Assembly: GCF_016127575.1 (NCBI RefSeq)
Contig: NZ_CP066018.1
Location: 3,270,001 to 3,302,000 of the forward strand
From: Cupriavidus necator
GTDB taxonomy: Bacteria > Pseudomonadota > Gammaproteobacteria > Burkholderiales > Burkholderiaceae
Reading direction: 5' to 3'
DNA length: 32,000 bases
Shown here: in pieces, positions 1 to 7,387 of the stretch
Position numbering within the stretch: the stretch's first letter is position 1
How the letters are laid out: every line of letters starts with the position of its first letter
Translations under genes and position numbers: made by a program
Notes under the pieces: model-generated
Seen by the model: the letters and a program-made list of their open reading frames with translations, nothing else
Databases searched by the model: none
Told to the model about the DNA's origin: nothing

Positions 1-942
1 CCTGGTCGCGACCTGCAGAACTACCTGACCATTCTTGACTTCGGCCTGCCTGATTTCAGTCTGAGTCAGGATATCAATCTTGCCATCCACGCGATTGCGC
101 AGCCACCAGGCACCCGACGGTCCCCACCCAGTCTCTAGAGTTCTCTTGCGGCGCTCAAGATTCATCATGTGGAAGACAATAGGGTACTCGGACACCAAGA
201 AGGAAGACAAAAGAGCGCTCGGAGTATTCGACTGCCAACCGCGTCCTATCCCGACGTGCGATCTCAGTAGCCTTGAGATACCCCCACGGGAGGTACGCGG
301 TTCATTACTCCAATTCACAGTCGCTCCGCGCACGAGTAAGCGAACCCGCGCTCCGATCTCGCTCAACAGTGCGGCGAGCCCGATTGCCGACTGACCTCCG
401 CCCACAACGACGATGTTCTTGTTCTTAGCCCATTCCAGACTCCCGAATTCGCTGGAGTGAACCACGTAAGGTGTCGGCATGCCCTGTAGTGCTGGAGGCA
501 TTTGCGAAAATCCCTTCAGACCCAAAGCCATTACCACGCGCCGCGCCGCCAGGGAACTGCCGTCGCCCAGGGCCAGCCGGAAGAATCCATCCTTGCGGTG
601 CATATCGACAACTTCCACTGCGCGAACATGACTGACCAACTGCGACTGAAACCAAAGCCCGTATTCCACAAAGAGCTCGAGCGGCAGGTGCATACCAATC
701 GGCTTATATTCAATACGATTGCGACGGCAATATTCTTCAATCGTATAGCCTTCCCGCGGCGCATAGAGATTCGAGGCAAATCCTTCCGAGCGCAACAGCA
801 TGCCTGGAGGCATGAAATTCCTCCAGGCATGCATTGGTTTCCCAAGAATTTGATGTGGCACGCCAGCTGAGGTCAGGTAGGCCGAAACCGATAAGCCATA
901 GGGACCAGCTCCGATGATAACCGTATCCGTTGACGAGATCAT
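1..942 (-). CDS. FAD/NAD(P)-binding flavoprotein monooxygenase-like oxidoreductase. Only the N-terminal 314 codons are present; the 3' end runs off the left edge. It is absent from the supplied ORF track because no stop codon lies in the window.
   Basis: Manual minus-strand translation from the ATG at 942-940 gives MISSTDTVIIGAGPYGLSVSAYLTSAGVPHQILGKPMHAWRNF... and stays open to position 1. There are two dinucleotide-binding motifs: GAGPYG at the N-terminus and VVVGGGQSAIG about 170 aa later. A purine-rich SD (AAGGGGAA) lies about 8 nt upstream of the ATG. Confidence 0.75.
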   Translation of the reverse strand, partial: MISSTDTVIIGAGPYGLSVSAYLTSAGVPHQILGKPMHAWRNFMPPGMLLRSEGFASNLYAPREGYTIEEYCRRNRIEYKPIGMHLPLELFVEYGLWFQSQLVSHVRAVEVVDMHRKDGFFRLALGDGSSLAARRVVMALGLKGFSQMPPALQGMPTPYVVHSSEFGSLEWAKNKNIVVVGGGQSAIGLAALLSEIGARVRLLVRGATVNWSNEPRTSRGGISRLLRSHVGIGRGWQSNTPSALLSSFLVSEYPIVFHMMNLERRKRTLETGWGPSGAWWLRNRVDGKIDILTQTEIRQAEVKNGQVVLQVATR

Positions 943-1033
943 TATTGCTCTTCCCCTTAAACTTGCCTGGCTTGCGGAGCCGCGCAGTACGGACCACCGC
1001 ATGATGCTGCGGGTGCAGAAAATCATTCTTGAA

Positions 1034-1551
1034 TCATTTTTCCGGTGCTGTCATGTCTTCGATAAAATCATGCCACTGAAAGTGCGAACCAAATAACCAC
1101 AGGCGCGGGGCGACCATAGTGCGGCGCCTTGAGAGATCAACCGCTCTATTGACTTCACGATTGACCATCGGGCGCGCCAATCCAGGCAATTGAACAGTTG
1201 CGATCGCCCAATTCAGCGTGTCCAATAGATCGGCGTGGCGTGCTGCACAGCGATTTCCGATTGCTTCTATCGTGCCGTCCAGCCAGATTAAGGCAATCCA
1301 GAACCAGGCCGCCGTGTCTTCTGTACGGGCGCGCACACTCGCTTTCTTGATTCTCTTTCGGGTGGCCGGACACTGCTTGCGCGCAGGCGCAGGTCGTCAG
1401 AGCCATGTATGCCATGGCGGACATAGTCGAATTGCTGGCGATGCAACCGGTTCCAGCACCGGTGGCGCGGCGCAACGTGGCCTCGACCACATTTTGGTCC
1501 TTCACACGGAGGCTCGGCTTTGGTTAGATAGACTCCGGAGCGGAAATCCAT
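1034..1551 (-). pseudogene. Possible decayed gene. Three consecutive minus-strand ORF pieces in three frames (1288-1551, 1155-1505, 1034-1336). Function unknown.
   Basis: The protein-like stretches hop between frames: MDFRSGVYLTKAEPP, then KDQNVVEATLRRATGAGTGCIASNSTMSAMAYMAL, then WFWIALIWLDGTIEAIGNR...PRLWLFGSHFQWHDFIEDMTAPEK*. Codon usage resembles the neighbouring island genes. It ends 92 nt upstream of the flavoprotein gene on the same strand. I recognise no family. Confidence 0.25.
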
Positions 1552-1574
1552 TGTCTGTCAGGGGATGGCCATGA

Positions 1575-2264
1575 ATGCCGCTGCGGGACGAACTGGGCGG
1601 ATCGATCATGAAGCGTTTGTTCGACATAGTTTTCGCCTCCATGGCATTGCTCGTGCTGGCCATTCCGTTGCTGATCCTGGCTGGCGCAGTGCGATGGAAG
1701 CTGGGCAGTCCGGTGCTGTTTCGTGCAACACGTGCAGGCCTGGGTGCCAGGCCATTCGAAGTCGTGAAGTTCCGAACCATGACGGAAGAGCGAGGCCCTG
1801 ATGACCAGCTCTTGCCGGATGAAGAAAGGCTCACGCCGTTCGGCAATTTTCTGCGCCGCTCCAGTCTCGATGAGCTGCCTCAGTTCTGGTGCGTTCTGGT
1901 GGGCGATATGAGTGTCATTGGTCCACGACCTTTGCCGATGAAGTACCTGCCGTTCTACTCACCGGACCAGGCACGTCGTCATCTGGTCCGTCCCGGCATT
2001 TCCGGCTGGGCGCAGGTGAACGGGCGGAACTCTCTGAGCTGGGAAGATAAGTTTCACTTCGACACCTGGTATGTGGACCACTGCTCTTTCTGGCTGGATC
2101 TGAAGATCCTCTGGCTCACGGTGGGCACTGTCATGGACCGCCGGGGCATCAACGCCGCGGGGGATCTGACCGTGCCTTCATTTACAGGCAGCCCAGGCAC
2201 CCAGTACGTCGCCAGCGAGTCCGAGCCCGCGCAGAAAGAAGAAGTTCCGATTCGCACGGCATGA
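1575..2264 (+). CDS. Bacterial sugar transferase: small PglC/WbaP-C-terminal-type polyprenyl-phosphate hexose-1-phosphate (priming) transferase.
   Basis: Translation: MKRLFDIVFASMALLVLAIPLLIL (a single N-terminal re-entrant helix) ...VVKFRTM...DELPQFWCVLVGDMSVIGPRP...RPGISGWAQVNGRN...WYVDHCSFWLDLKIL. These are the hallmark motifs of the PF02397 family. The start could instead be the internal ATG at 1608 (MKRLFD). Confidence 0.9.
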   Translation: MPLRDELGGSIMKRLFDIVFASMALLVLAIPLLILAGAVRWKLGSPVLFRATRAGLGARPFEVVKFRTMTEERGPDDQLLPDEERLTPFGNFLRRSSLDELPQFWCVLVGDMSVIGPRPLPMKYLPFYSPDQARRHLVRPGISGWAQVNGRNSLSWEDKFHFDTWYVDHCSFWLDLKILWLTVGTVMDRRGINAAGDLTVPSFTGSPGTQYVASESEPAQKEEVPIRTA

Positions 2265-2704
2265 CGAGTGTTCATGCTGAATGCCGCATGTTCTCCTTGT
2301 GACCATGCTTCTCTCGCGAAGAGATCGATGCCGTATCGTGGCAGTTCAGCTCGAACAAGACAAGCTACCGGACCAGGAGGGCAAGGACGTTGGTGAGAGG
2401 CTGTGCCGGTGGGTGTTCAAAGGCGTGTTGCTACTACGTGAATTTGCGCACGTATCGTGCTTCTTTCCAGCCGGTGATTCTGATTAGATGGTAGGTGTTA
2501 CGGTTGGGCGCAGGACAATGGCCGCAGTTCTGGCGGGACGGCTTCGCGCGATCGGTGAGTCCCGGTTCAAGAGCGGCAAAGAAGAAAGTCGGCGCTCCAG
2601 CCGCAGGACCGAAATCCGGTCCGACGAAAGCATCGAAAGACCTGCATGATGGGGCTGTGGGGCTATGGCAGGGTCATTGTGGTTGGAATGAGATTGGGGT
2701 GAAG

Positions 2705-3724
2705 ATGAACGTTCTTTTGACCTGCATAGGGAGACGGCGCTATCTGGTGGAGTATTTCAAGTCGGAGCTGAACGGGACCGGCATGGTGCTTGGGGTGGAC
2801 ATGCAACGCGGCGCGCCGGCCGCGAGCGCATGCGACATGTTCCTGGTAGGCCCCGGCCTCTTGGCGGATAACTACATCGACTTCCTGATCGATGTATGCA
2901 GGGTGCATCGGGTCTCGGCCCTCCTGTCGCTGAATGACTTGGAGCTCCCGCTCATTGCCGAGCACGCTCAACGGTTTCGGGAAATCGGAACGATACCGGT
3001 CATCTCGTCGGCAGAGGTCATTAGCCTTTGCGCGGACAAGTTCCTGACTGCGCAGTTCGCCGAATCAATCGGGCTGTCCACGCCGCGCAGCTATGCGACC
3101 CTCGAAAGTGCAGAGCATGCCATTGCGACGGGCTCGGTAGCCTTCCCTCTGATTGTCAAGCCCCGCTGGGGCAGCGCTAGTTTTGGCATCTTCGTCGTCG
3201 AGGACCTGAACGAGCTTCGCTTCGCCCGTGCGTACTGCCAGCGGATCTTGCAGAAATCGATCTTCGCAAAGATGGGACAGCCAGGGATGGAGGTGCTGAT
3301 CCAGGAAGTGATCTCGGGCCAGGAGTACGGGCTCGATATCTTCAACGACTTTGAGGCGAGGCCGATCGGGTTTGCGGTCCGCAAGAAGCTGTCGATGCGG
3401 GCGGGGGAGACGGACCGGGCGATCACTGTCGAAAGCGCGCCATTCAACGACCTGGCCACGCGAATCAGTCGCGAATTGCGGCACATCGGCAATGTCGACT
3501 GCGATGTGATCGAGCGCGACGGGCGTCAGTACCTCCTGGAGATGAATCCAAGATTCGGAGGAGGCTATCCCTTCACCCATATAGCGGGAGCCAACCTGGT
3601 GCGGATACTGCTGAACTGCGTGCGCGGCGGGCAGCAAGGGCAGGAAGTCCGCTATCAGGCCGGTATCGAACTGGCCAAGTGCGACTACCCGGTCGGCGTG
3701 GGAGCACGGGTTGAGGAGGGATAA
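2705..3724 (+). CDS. ATP-grasp domain ligase (carbamoyl-phosphate-synthase-L-like ATP-grasp, of the type found in polysaccharide clusters).
   Basis: MNVLLTCIGRRRYLVEYFK...FPLIVKPRWGSASFGIFVVEDLNEL...EVLIQEVISGQEYGLDIF...YLLEMNPRFGGGY. This is the typical ATP-grasp layout (K-loop, E/Q-E, terminal EMNPR motif). The track ORF starts at 2495, but its first 70 aa are low-complexity. The ATG at 2705 has a GGGGTGAAG purine tract just upstream. Confidence 0.85.
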   Translation: MNVLLTCIGRRRYLVEYFKSELNGTGMVLGVDMQRGAPAASACDMFLVGPGLLADNYIDFLIDVCRVHRVSALLSLNDLELPLIAEHAQRFREIGTIPVISSAEVISLCADKFLTAQFAESIGLSTPRSYATLESAEHAIATGSVAFPLIVKPRWGSASFGIFVVEDLNELRFARAYCQRILQKSIFAKMGQPGMEVLIQEVISGQEYGLDIFNDFEARPIGFAVRKKLSMRAGETDRAITVESAPFNDLATRISRELRHIGNVDCDVIERDGRQYLLEMNPRFGGGYPFTHIAGANLVRILLNCVRGGQQGQEVRYQAGIELAKCDYPVGVGARVEEG

Positions 3725-4118
3725 AGGCAGGCGCTAACAATCAATGCAACAGGACGGAGCAGCCACACTCGTCCGAGATGGATCTTGAACCAGACTGTCG
3801 GCAAATCGCGGCGATTTCCGTGAGCGGTTGCGCGCTCATTTCCATGGCGCGCCGGGTCAATTCGGCAGCGCTGCTCAGTGTGAGCACAGCGAGGCAGATG
3901 CCCGGGAGCCGCCAGGCGACAGGTGCCGGCCAAATGCGTCCCCTCGTGAAGAGCGTCATCGGTCAGATGCTTGCCGACGCGCCATACACTGGGCCTTTTT
4001 GACATTCCGATGTGCGAAACCAGACATTGTGCGGTTTGCACACCCGATAGATTGAGGGCTCGCGACCCGCCCGCCCCGGGCCGTCCACATTTCGCCACTC
4101 CCTGCAGGGAGGCATATT

Positions 4119-4922
4119 GTGAACACTTCAAGCATACCGACCAAGCCTTTGCGCGCGGTGTTGATGCAACGGCTGAAACAACGGCTCAAGCCGTACACGC
4201 CAGCCTGGTTGCTGAAATACCACCACGACCGGACCATCCGCAAAGACCGCGCACTGTATCAGGGAAAGGCGCTTCGCGAGGTGTTTTCCCATGTCTACGA
4301 AACCGGGGGGTGGGGCGTGGCGAAGGACCACTCCGGGTTCTACAGCGGGAGCAGTTCTCATGATCCGGCGATCGTCGACACCTATGTCGAAGCCGTAACG
4401 GCCTACCTCGGCTCGTTGCCATACCGGCCAGACGTGGTTGACCTCGGTTGCGGCGATTTCAATGTCGGCAGCCGTATCCGGCCGGCTTGCGCACGCTATG
4501 TTGCTTGCGACGTGGTGGAGGCAGTCATCCAGTCGAACCGCACCAGGTTCTTCTCCAGTCTTGATGTGGACTTCCGGTGCCTCGACATCACAAGCGAGCC
4601 CTGGCCGAGAGGTGACGTCGTTTTCCTGCGCCAGGTGCTCGATCATCTGGACAACGCACGCATTGCCGGCGTGCTTGCCAGCCTGACGCCATACAAGAGC
4701 CTGATTCTGACTGAGTATTTGCCTCTGGCACCCGATTTCCCGCCAAATCTCGACAAGCCGATCGGTCCTGGTCTCCGGATTTGGGGCGCTATACCAAGCG
4801 GAATCGTGGTGACGGAGCCGCCGTTCGAGCTGAAAGCCTTGTCGACGCAGATACTCTGTGAGGTGCAGGACAACGTAGGCGTCATTCGTACCATCGCGTA
4901 CGAACTGCCTCGGCAAACCTGA
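4119..4922 (+). CDS. Class I SAM-dependent methyltransferase.
   Basis: Motif I is VVDLGCGDFNVG, followed by an acidic post-I residue (ACDVVE) and then DVVFLRQVLDHL (motif II/III region). The GTG start is preceded by GGGAGG 8 nt upstream. Confidence 0.8.
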   Translation: MNTSSIPTKPLRAVLMQRLKQRLKPYTPAWLLKYHHDRTIRKDRALYQGKALREVFSHVYETGGWGVAKDHSGFYSGSSSHDPAIVDTYVEAVTAYLGSLPYRPDVVDLGCGDFNVGSRIRPACARYVACDVVEAVIQSNRTRFFSSLDVDFRCLDITSEPWPRGDVVFLRQVLDHLDNARIAGVLASLTPYKSLILTEYLPLAPDFPPNLDKPIGPGLRIWGAIPSGIVVTEPPFELKALSTQILCEVQDNVGVIRTIAYELPRQT

Positions 4923-4940
4923 CTGAACCTCTGCCAAGAT

Positions 4941-5140
4941 GTAATGTGCCGTCCTTGACGGTGCCAGGGGCAAGGGATTTTGACGTAGGAGGCCAGGGCC
5001 GGTTCGAGGCCCGGCAGTGCGGCAGCGACGGCCCAGGCGGCAGTTCGGGTCCGGTTAATCGGATGATCGGCGATGCGGCCCAGCACTTGGCGCGGGTAGT
5101 CTTGGTGCTGAGGCCGCTGAGCTGGCTGTGCCAATGAGCG
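4941..5140 (-). mobile_element. Remnant of the 3' end of an IS66-family element: the transposase C-terminal tail plus a candidate terminal GTAA end.
   Basis: Minus-strand translation gives ...RPQHQDYPRQVLGRIADHPINRTRTAAWAVAAALP. This resembles the conserved IS66 TnpC C-terminus as I recall it (..YLxxVLxRIADHPxxRIxELLPWxV..). About 90 nt further on, the plus strand reads TGTAATGTG at 4940-4948, consistent with IS66 ends that begin GTAA. No intact ORF remains, and the N-terminal ~450 aa are missing. Confidence 0.4.
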
Positions 5141-5168
5141 TGTACCCCCTGCGCCCGAAAAGAGGCGG

Positions 5169-7103
5169 TCACGCAATCTGCTCGATTTGCTCCTGCAACT
5201 CCAGCCACTTCTCCTCAAGCGTCTCCAGCTCGCCGTTGACCTCGCCCTGGCGCTTGAGCATCTCCATCAGCCTGGTCTTGTTGGCTTCGGCATAACTGCT
5301 TTCATCGGCCATGAACTGGTCGATCTCCTCCTTGGCGGCTTGCAGCACCGCCATGCGCTTTTCCACCTTTTCCAATTCTTTGGTCAACGGCTTGCGCAGT
5401 GCTGACAGCCGCTGGCGCTCGTCGGCTTCCGCGCGGCGCTGGTCCTTGCGGTTGACCGCCGCGGTGGCATCGCCGGCGTTCTCTGCCAGGTGCGCGGCGG
5501 TGGCGGCATTGCGCTTGGCCGCGGCCTGTTGCAGCAGCCAGTCGCGGTAGTCGTCCAGGTCGCCGTCGAACGGCTTGATGGTGCCGTCGGCCACCAGCAT
5601 GAACTGGTCGGCGGTCGCGCGCAGCAGATGCCGGTCGTGCGACACCAGGATCAGCGTGCCTTCGAACTGCGCCAGCGCCATGGTCAGCGCCTCGCGGGTG
5701 TCGAGGTCCAGGTGGTTGGTCGGCTCGTCCAGCAGCAGCAGGTTGGGCTTCTGCCAGACGATCAGCGCCAGCGCCAGGCGGGCCTTCTCGCCGCCTGAGA
5801 ACGGTTCGATCGGCGAAGTGGCCATGTCGCCGCGGAAGTTGAAGCTGCCGAGGAAGTCGCGCAGTTCCTGCTCGCGGGTATCGGGTGCCAGCCGCGCCAG
5901 GTGCTGCAGCGGCGAGTCGTGGTCGCGCAGCGTCTCCAGCTGGTGCTGGGCGAAGTAGCCGATCTGCAGGCCCTTGCCCAGGCGCAGGTTGCCCTTGAGC
6001 GGATCCTGCGTGCCCGCCAGCGTCTTGACCAGCGTCGACTTGCCCTGGCCGTTGGCGCCGAGCAGGCCGATGCGCTGGCCGTTCTGGATCGACAGCGCCA
6101 GGTTGTGCAGGATGGTGACGGGCGGCTCGGCCTCGGCATAGCCGCAATCGACACCGTCGAGCACCATCATCGGGTTGGGGGCGGCGTCGGGTTCGCGGAA
6201 CTCGAAAGCGAAGCCGGCGGCCACGTGCACCGGCGCCAGCCGCTCCATCTTTTCCAGCGCCTTGACGCGGCTCTGCGCCTGGCGCGCCTTGGTCGCCTTG
6301 GCCTTGAAGCGCGTGATGAACGATTCCAGGTGCGCGATTTCCTTCTGCTGGCGCACGTAGGCGGATTGCTGCTGCGCCATCTGCTGCAGGCGCAGGGTCT
6401 CGAACAGCGTGTAGTTGCCGCCGTAGCGGCGCAGTTGCTGGTTCTCGATATGCACGGTGACGTTGCAGATCGCATCGAGGAATTCGCGGTCGTGCGAAAT
6501 CATCACCAGCGTGCCGGGATAGCGCGCCAGCCAGTCTTCCAGCCAGACGATGGCGTCCAGGTCCAGGTGGTTGGTCGGTTCGTCGAGCAGCAGCAGGTCG
6601 GACGGGCACATCAGCGCCTGCGCCAGGTTCAGGCGCATGCGCCAGCCGCCGGAGAACGAGGCCACCGGCTGCGACACCTGCGCCAGCGTGAAGCCCAGGC
6701 CCAGCAGCAGGGCCTCGGCGCGCGCCGGGGCGGTGTAGCCGTCGGCGTCGGCAAAGGCGGCGTGGGCTTCGCCCTCGGCGCTGCCGTTGCCGCTGGCCTG
6801 TGCGGCGGCGATGGCGCCTTCGATTTCGCGCAGGCGGGTGTCGCCATCGATCACGTAATCCACGGCGGTGCGGCTGACCGCAGGCGTTTCCTGCGCCACG
6901 TGTGCGACGCGCCACTGAGCCGGCACGATGACATCGCCCCCGTCCGGATGCAGCTCGCCGCGCAGCAGCGCGAACAGCGTCGACTTGCCGCTGCCGTTGG
7001 CGCCGACAAGGCCCACGCGCTCGCCCGGGTTGAGCGTCACGCTGGTGTGGTCGAACAGCACCTTGGTGCCGCGCTGGAGGACTAGCTGGTCGATTCGGAT
7101 CAC
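5169..7103 (-). CDS. yheS: ABC-F family ATPase with two ABC domains plus a C-terminal coiled coil; YheS-type.
   Basis: It aligns by eye with E. coli YheS along the whole length (from my recollection of that sequence): VIRIDQLVLQRGTKVLFD...GANGSGKSTL...FSGGWRMRLNLAQALMCPSDLLLLDEPTNHLDLD...RFKAKATKARQAQSR...GANGQGKSTL...FSGGEKARLALALIVWQKPNLLLLDEPTNHLDLD, followed by a charged coiled-coil tail. I place the start at the GTG at 7103, which matches the YheS N-terminus, and not at the track start 7250. There is no obvious SD; the upstream tract is CCCTCCC. Confidence 0.93.
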   Translation of the reverse strand: MIRIDQLVLQRGTKVLFDHTSVTLNPGERVGLVGANGSGKSTLFALLRGELHPDGGDVIVPAQWRVAHVAQETPAVSRTAVDYVIDGDTRLREIEGAIAAAQASGNGSAEGEAHAAFADADGYTAPARAEALLLGLGFTLAQVSQPVASFSGGWRMRLNLAQALMCPSDLLLLDEPTNHLDLDAIVWLEDWLARYPGTLVMISHDREFLDAICNVTVHIENQQLRRYGGNYTLFETLRLQQMAQQQSAYVRQQKEIAHLESFITRFKAKATKARQAQSRVKALEKMERLAPVHVAAGFAFEFREPDAAPNPMMVLDGVDCGYAEAEPPVTILHNLALSIQNGQRIGLLGANGQGKSTLVKTLAGTQDPLKGNLRLGKGLQIGYFAQHQLETLRDHDSPLQHLARLAPDTREQELRDFLGSFNFRGDMATSPIEPFSGGEKARLALALIVWQKPNLLLLDEPTNHLDLDTREALTMALAQFEGTLILVSHDRHLLRATADQFMLVADGTIKPFDGDLDDYRDWLLQQAAAKRNAATAAHLAENAGDATAAVNRKDQRRAEADERQRLSALRKPLTKELEKVEKRMAVLQAAKEEIDQFMADESSYAEANKTRLMEMLKRQGEVNGELETLEEKWLELQEQIEQIA

Positions 7104-7183
7104 GGGAGGGGGAAATGCCTGAGTGAAAAACAGAAAAAGCGCGGAGAAAGCGGGCAACCGCCGGGTCTGGTGCGCTGGCCGGC

Positions 7184-7189
7184 ATTGTA
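7184..7189 (-). promoter_or_regulatory. Candidate -10 box (TACAAT) for yheS.
   Basis: The minus strand reads CGCTACAATG about 80 nt upstream of the yheS GTG. The same 10-mer recurs upstream of the LysR gene at 25765-25774. No convincing -35 element. Confidence 0.25.
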
Positions 7190-7387
7190 GCGTTTCCGGT
7201 GCGCCGCACGCCGTGGCGGTGCAAAACAGCCCGGCAACGTGCACCGCCAATGTGCCTTCGTGCCTCGACGATTCAGGGATTACCCTTGGTCTTGCAAAAC
7301 TCTATTTTCTTGTTCGTGCGTTGCGTGTAAATTCATTTTCACGAAAACGGCGTGCATCAGACGACGTCCAGACCAACCGCTTCCACC

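Noticed and set aside
80-997. Track ORFs 80-394(+), 425-655(-), 502-870(+), 531-845(-) and 737-997(-).
   Set aside because: All lie within, or antisense to, the edge-truncated flavoprotein gene (1-942, minus strand). That gene has clear dinucleotide-binding motifs, and none of these ORFs has motifs of its own.
4726-4740. Sigma-54-like motif TGGCAC-N5-TTCC.
   Set aside because: It is inside the methyltransferase coding sequence, has a mismatch in the -12 element (TTCC instead of TTGC), and has no downstream gene start.
7115-7126. Mini-ORF ATG CCT GAG TGA preceded by a very strong SD (GGGAGGGGG) on the + strand, directly opposite the yheS start.
   Set aside because: A three-codon ORF has no support beyond the SD-like tract. 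That tract is simply the complement of the C-rich sequence upstream of the yheS GTG, so this is most likely coincidence.
5302-7224. Very long ORFs antisense to, or out of frame with, clear genes. Examples: 5302-7224, 5901-7085, 9324-11321, 11285-12976, 12814-14181, 13985-15334, 17706-19001, 19591-21279, 21219-23321, 22606-23652, 23646-24737, 24933-25742, 26265-27263, 28888-29820, 30103-30864, 30635-31672.
   Set aside because: Their translations are Arg/Ala/Gly/Pro-rich low-complexity strings with no motifs. Each one shadows a gene with strong family motifs and GC3 bias. This is the typical stop-codon-poor artefact of ~68% GC DNA.
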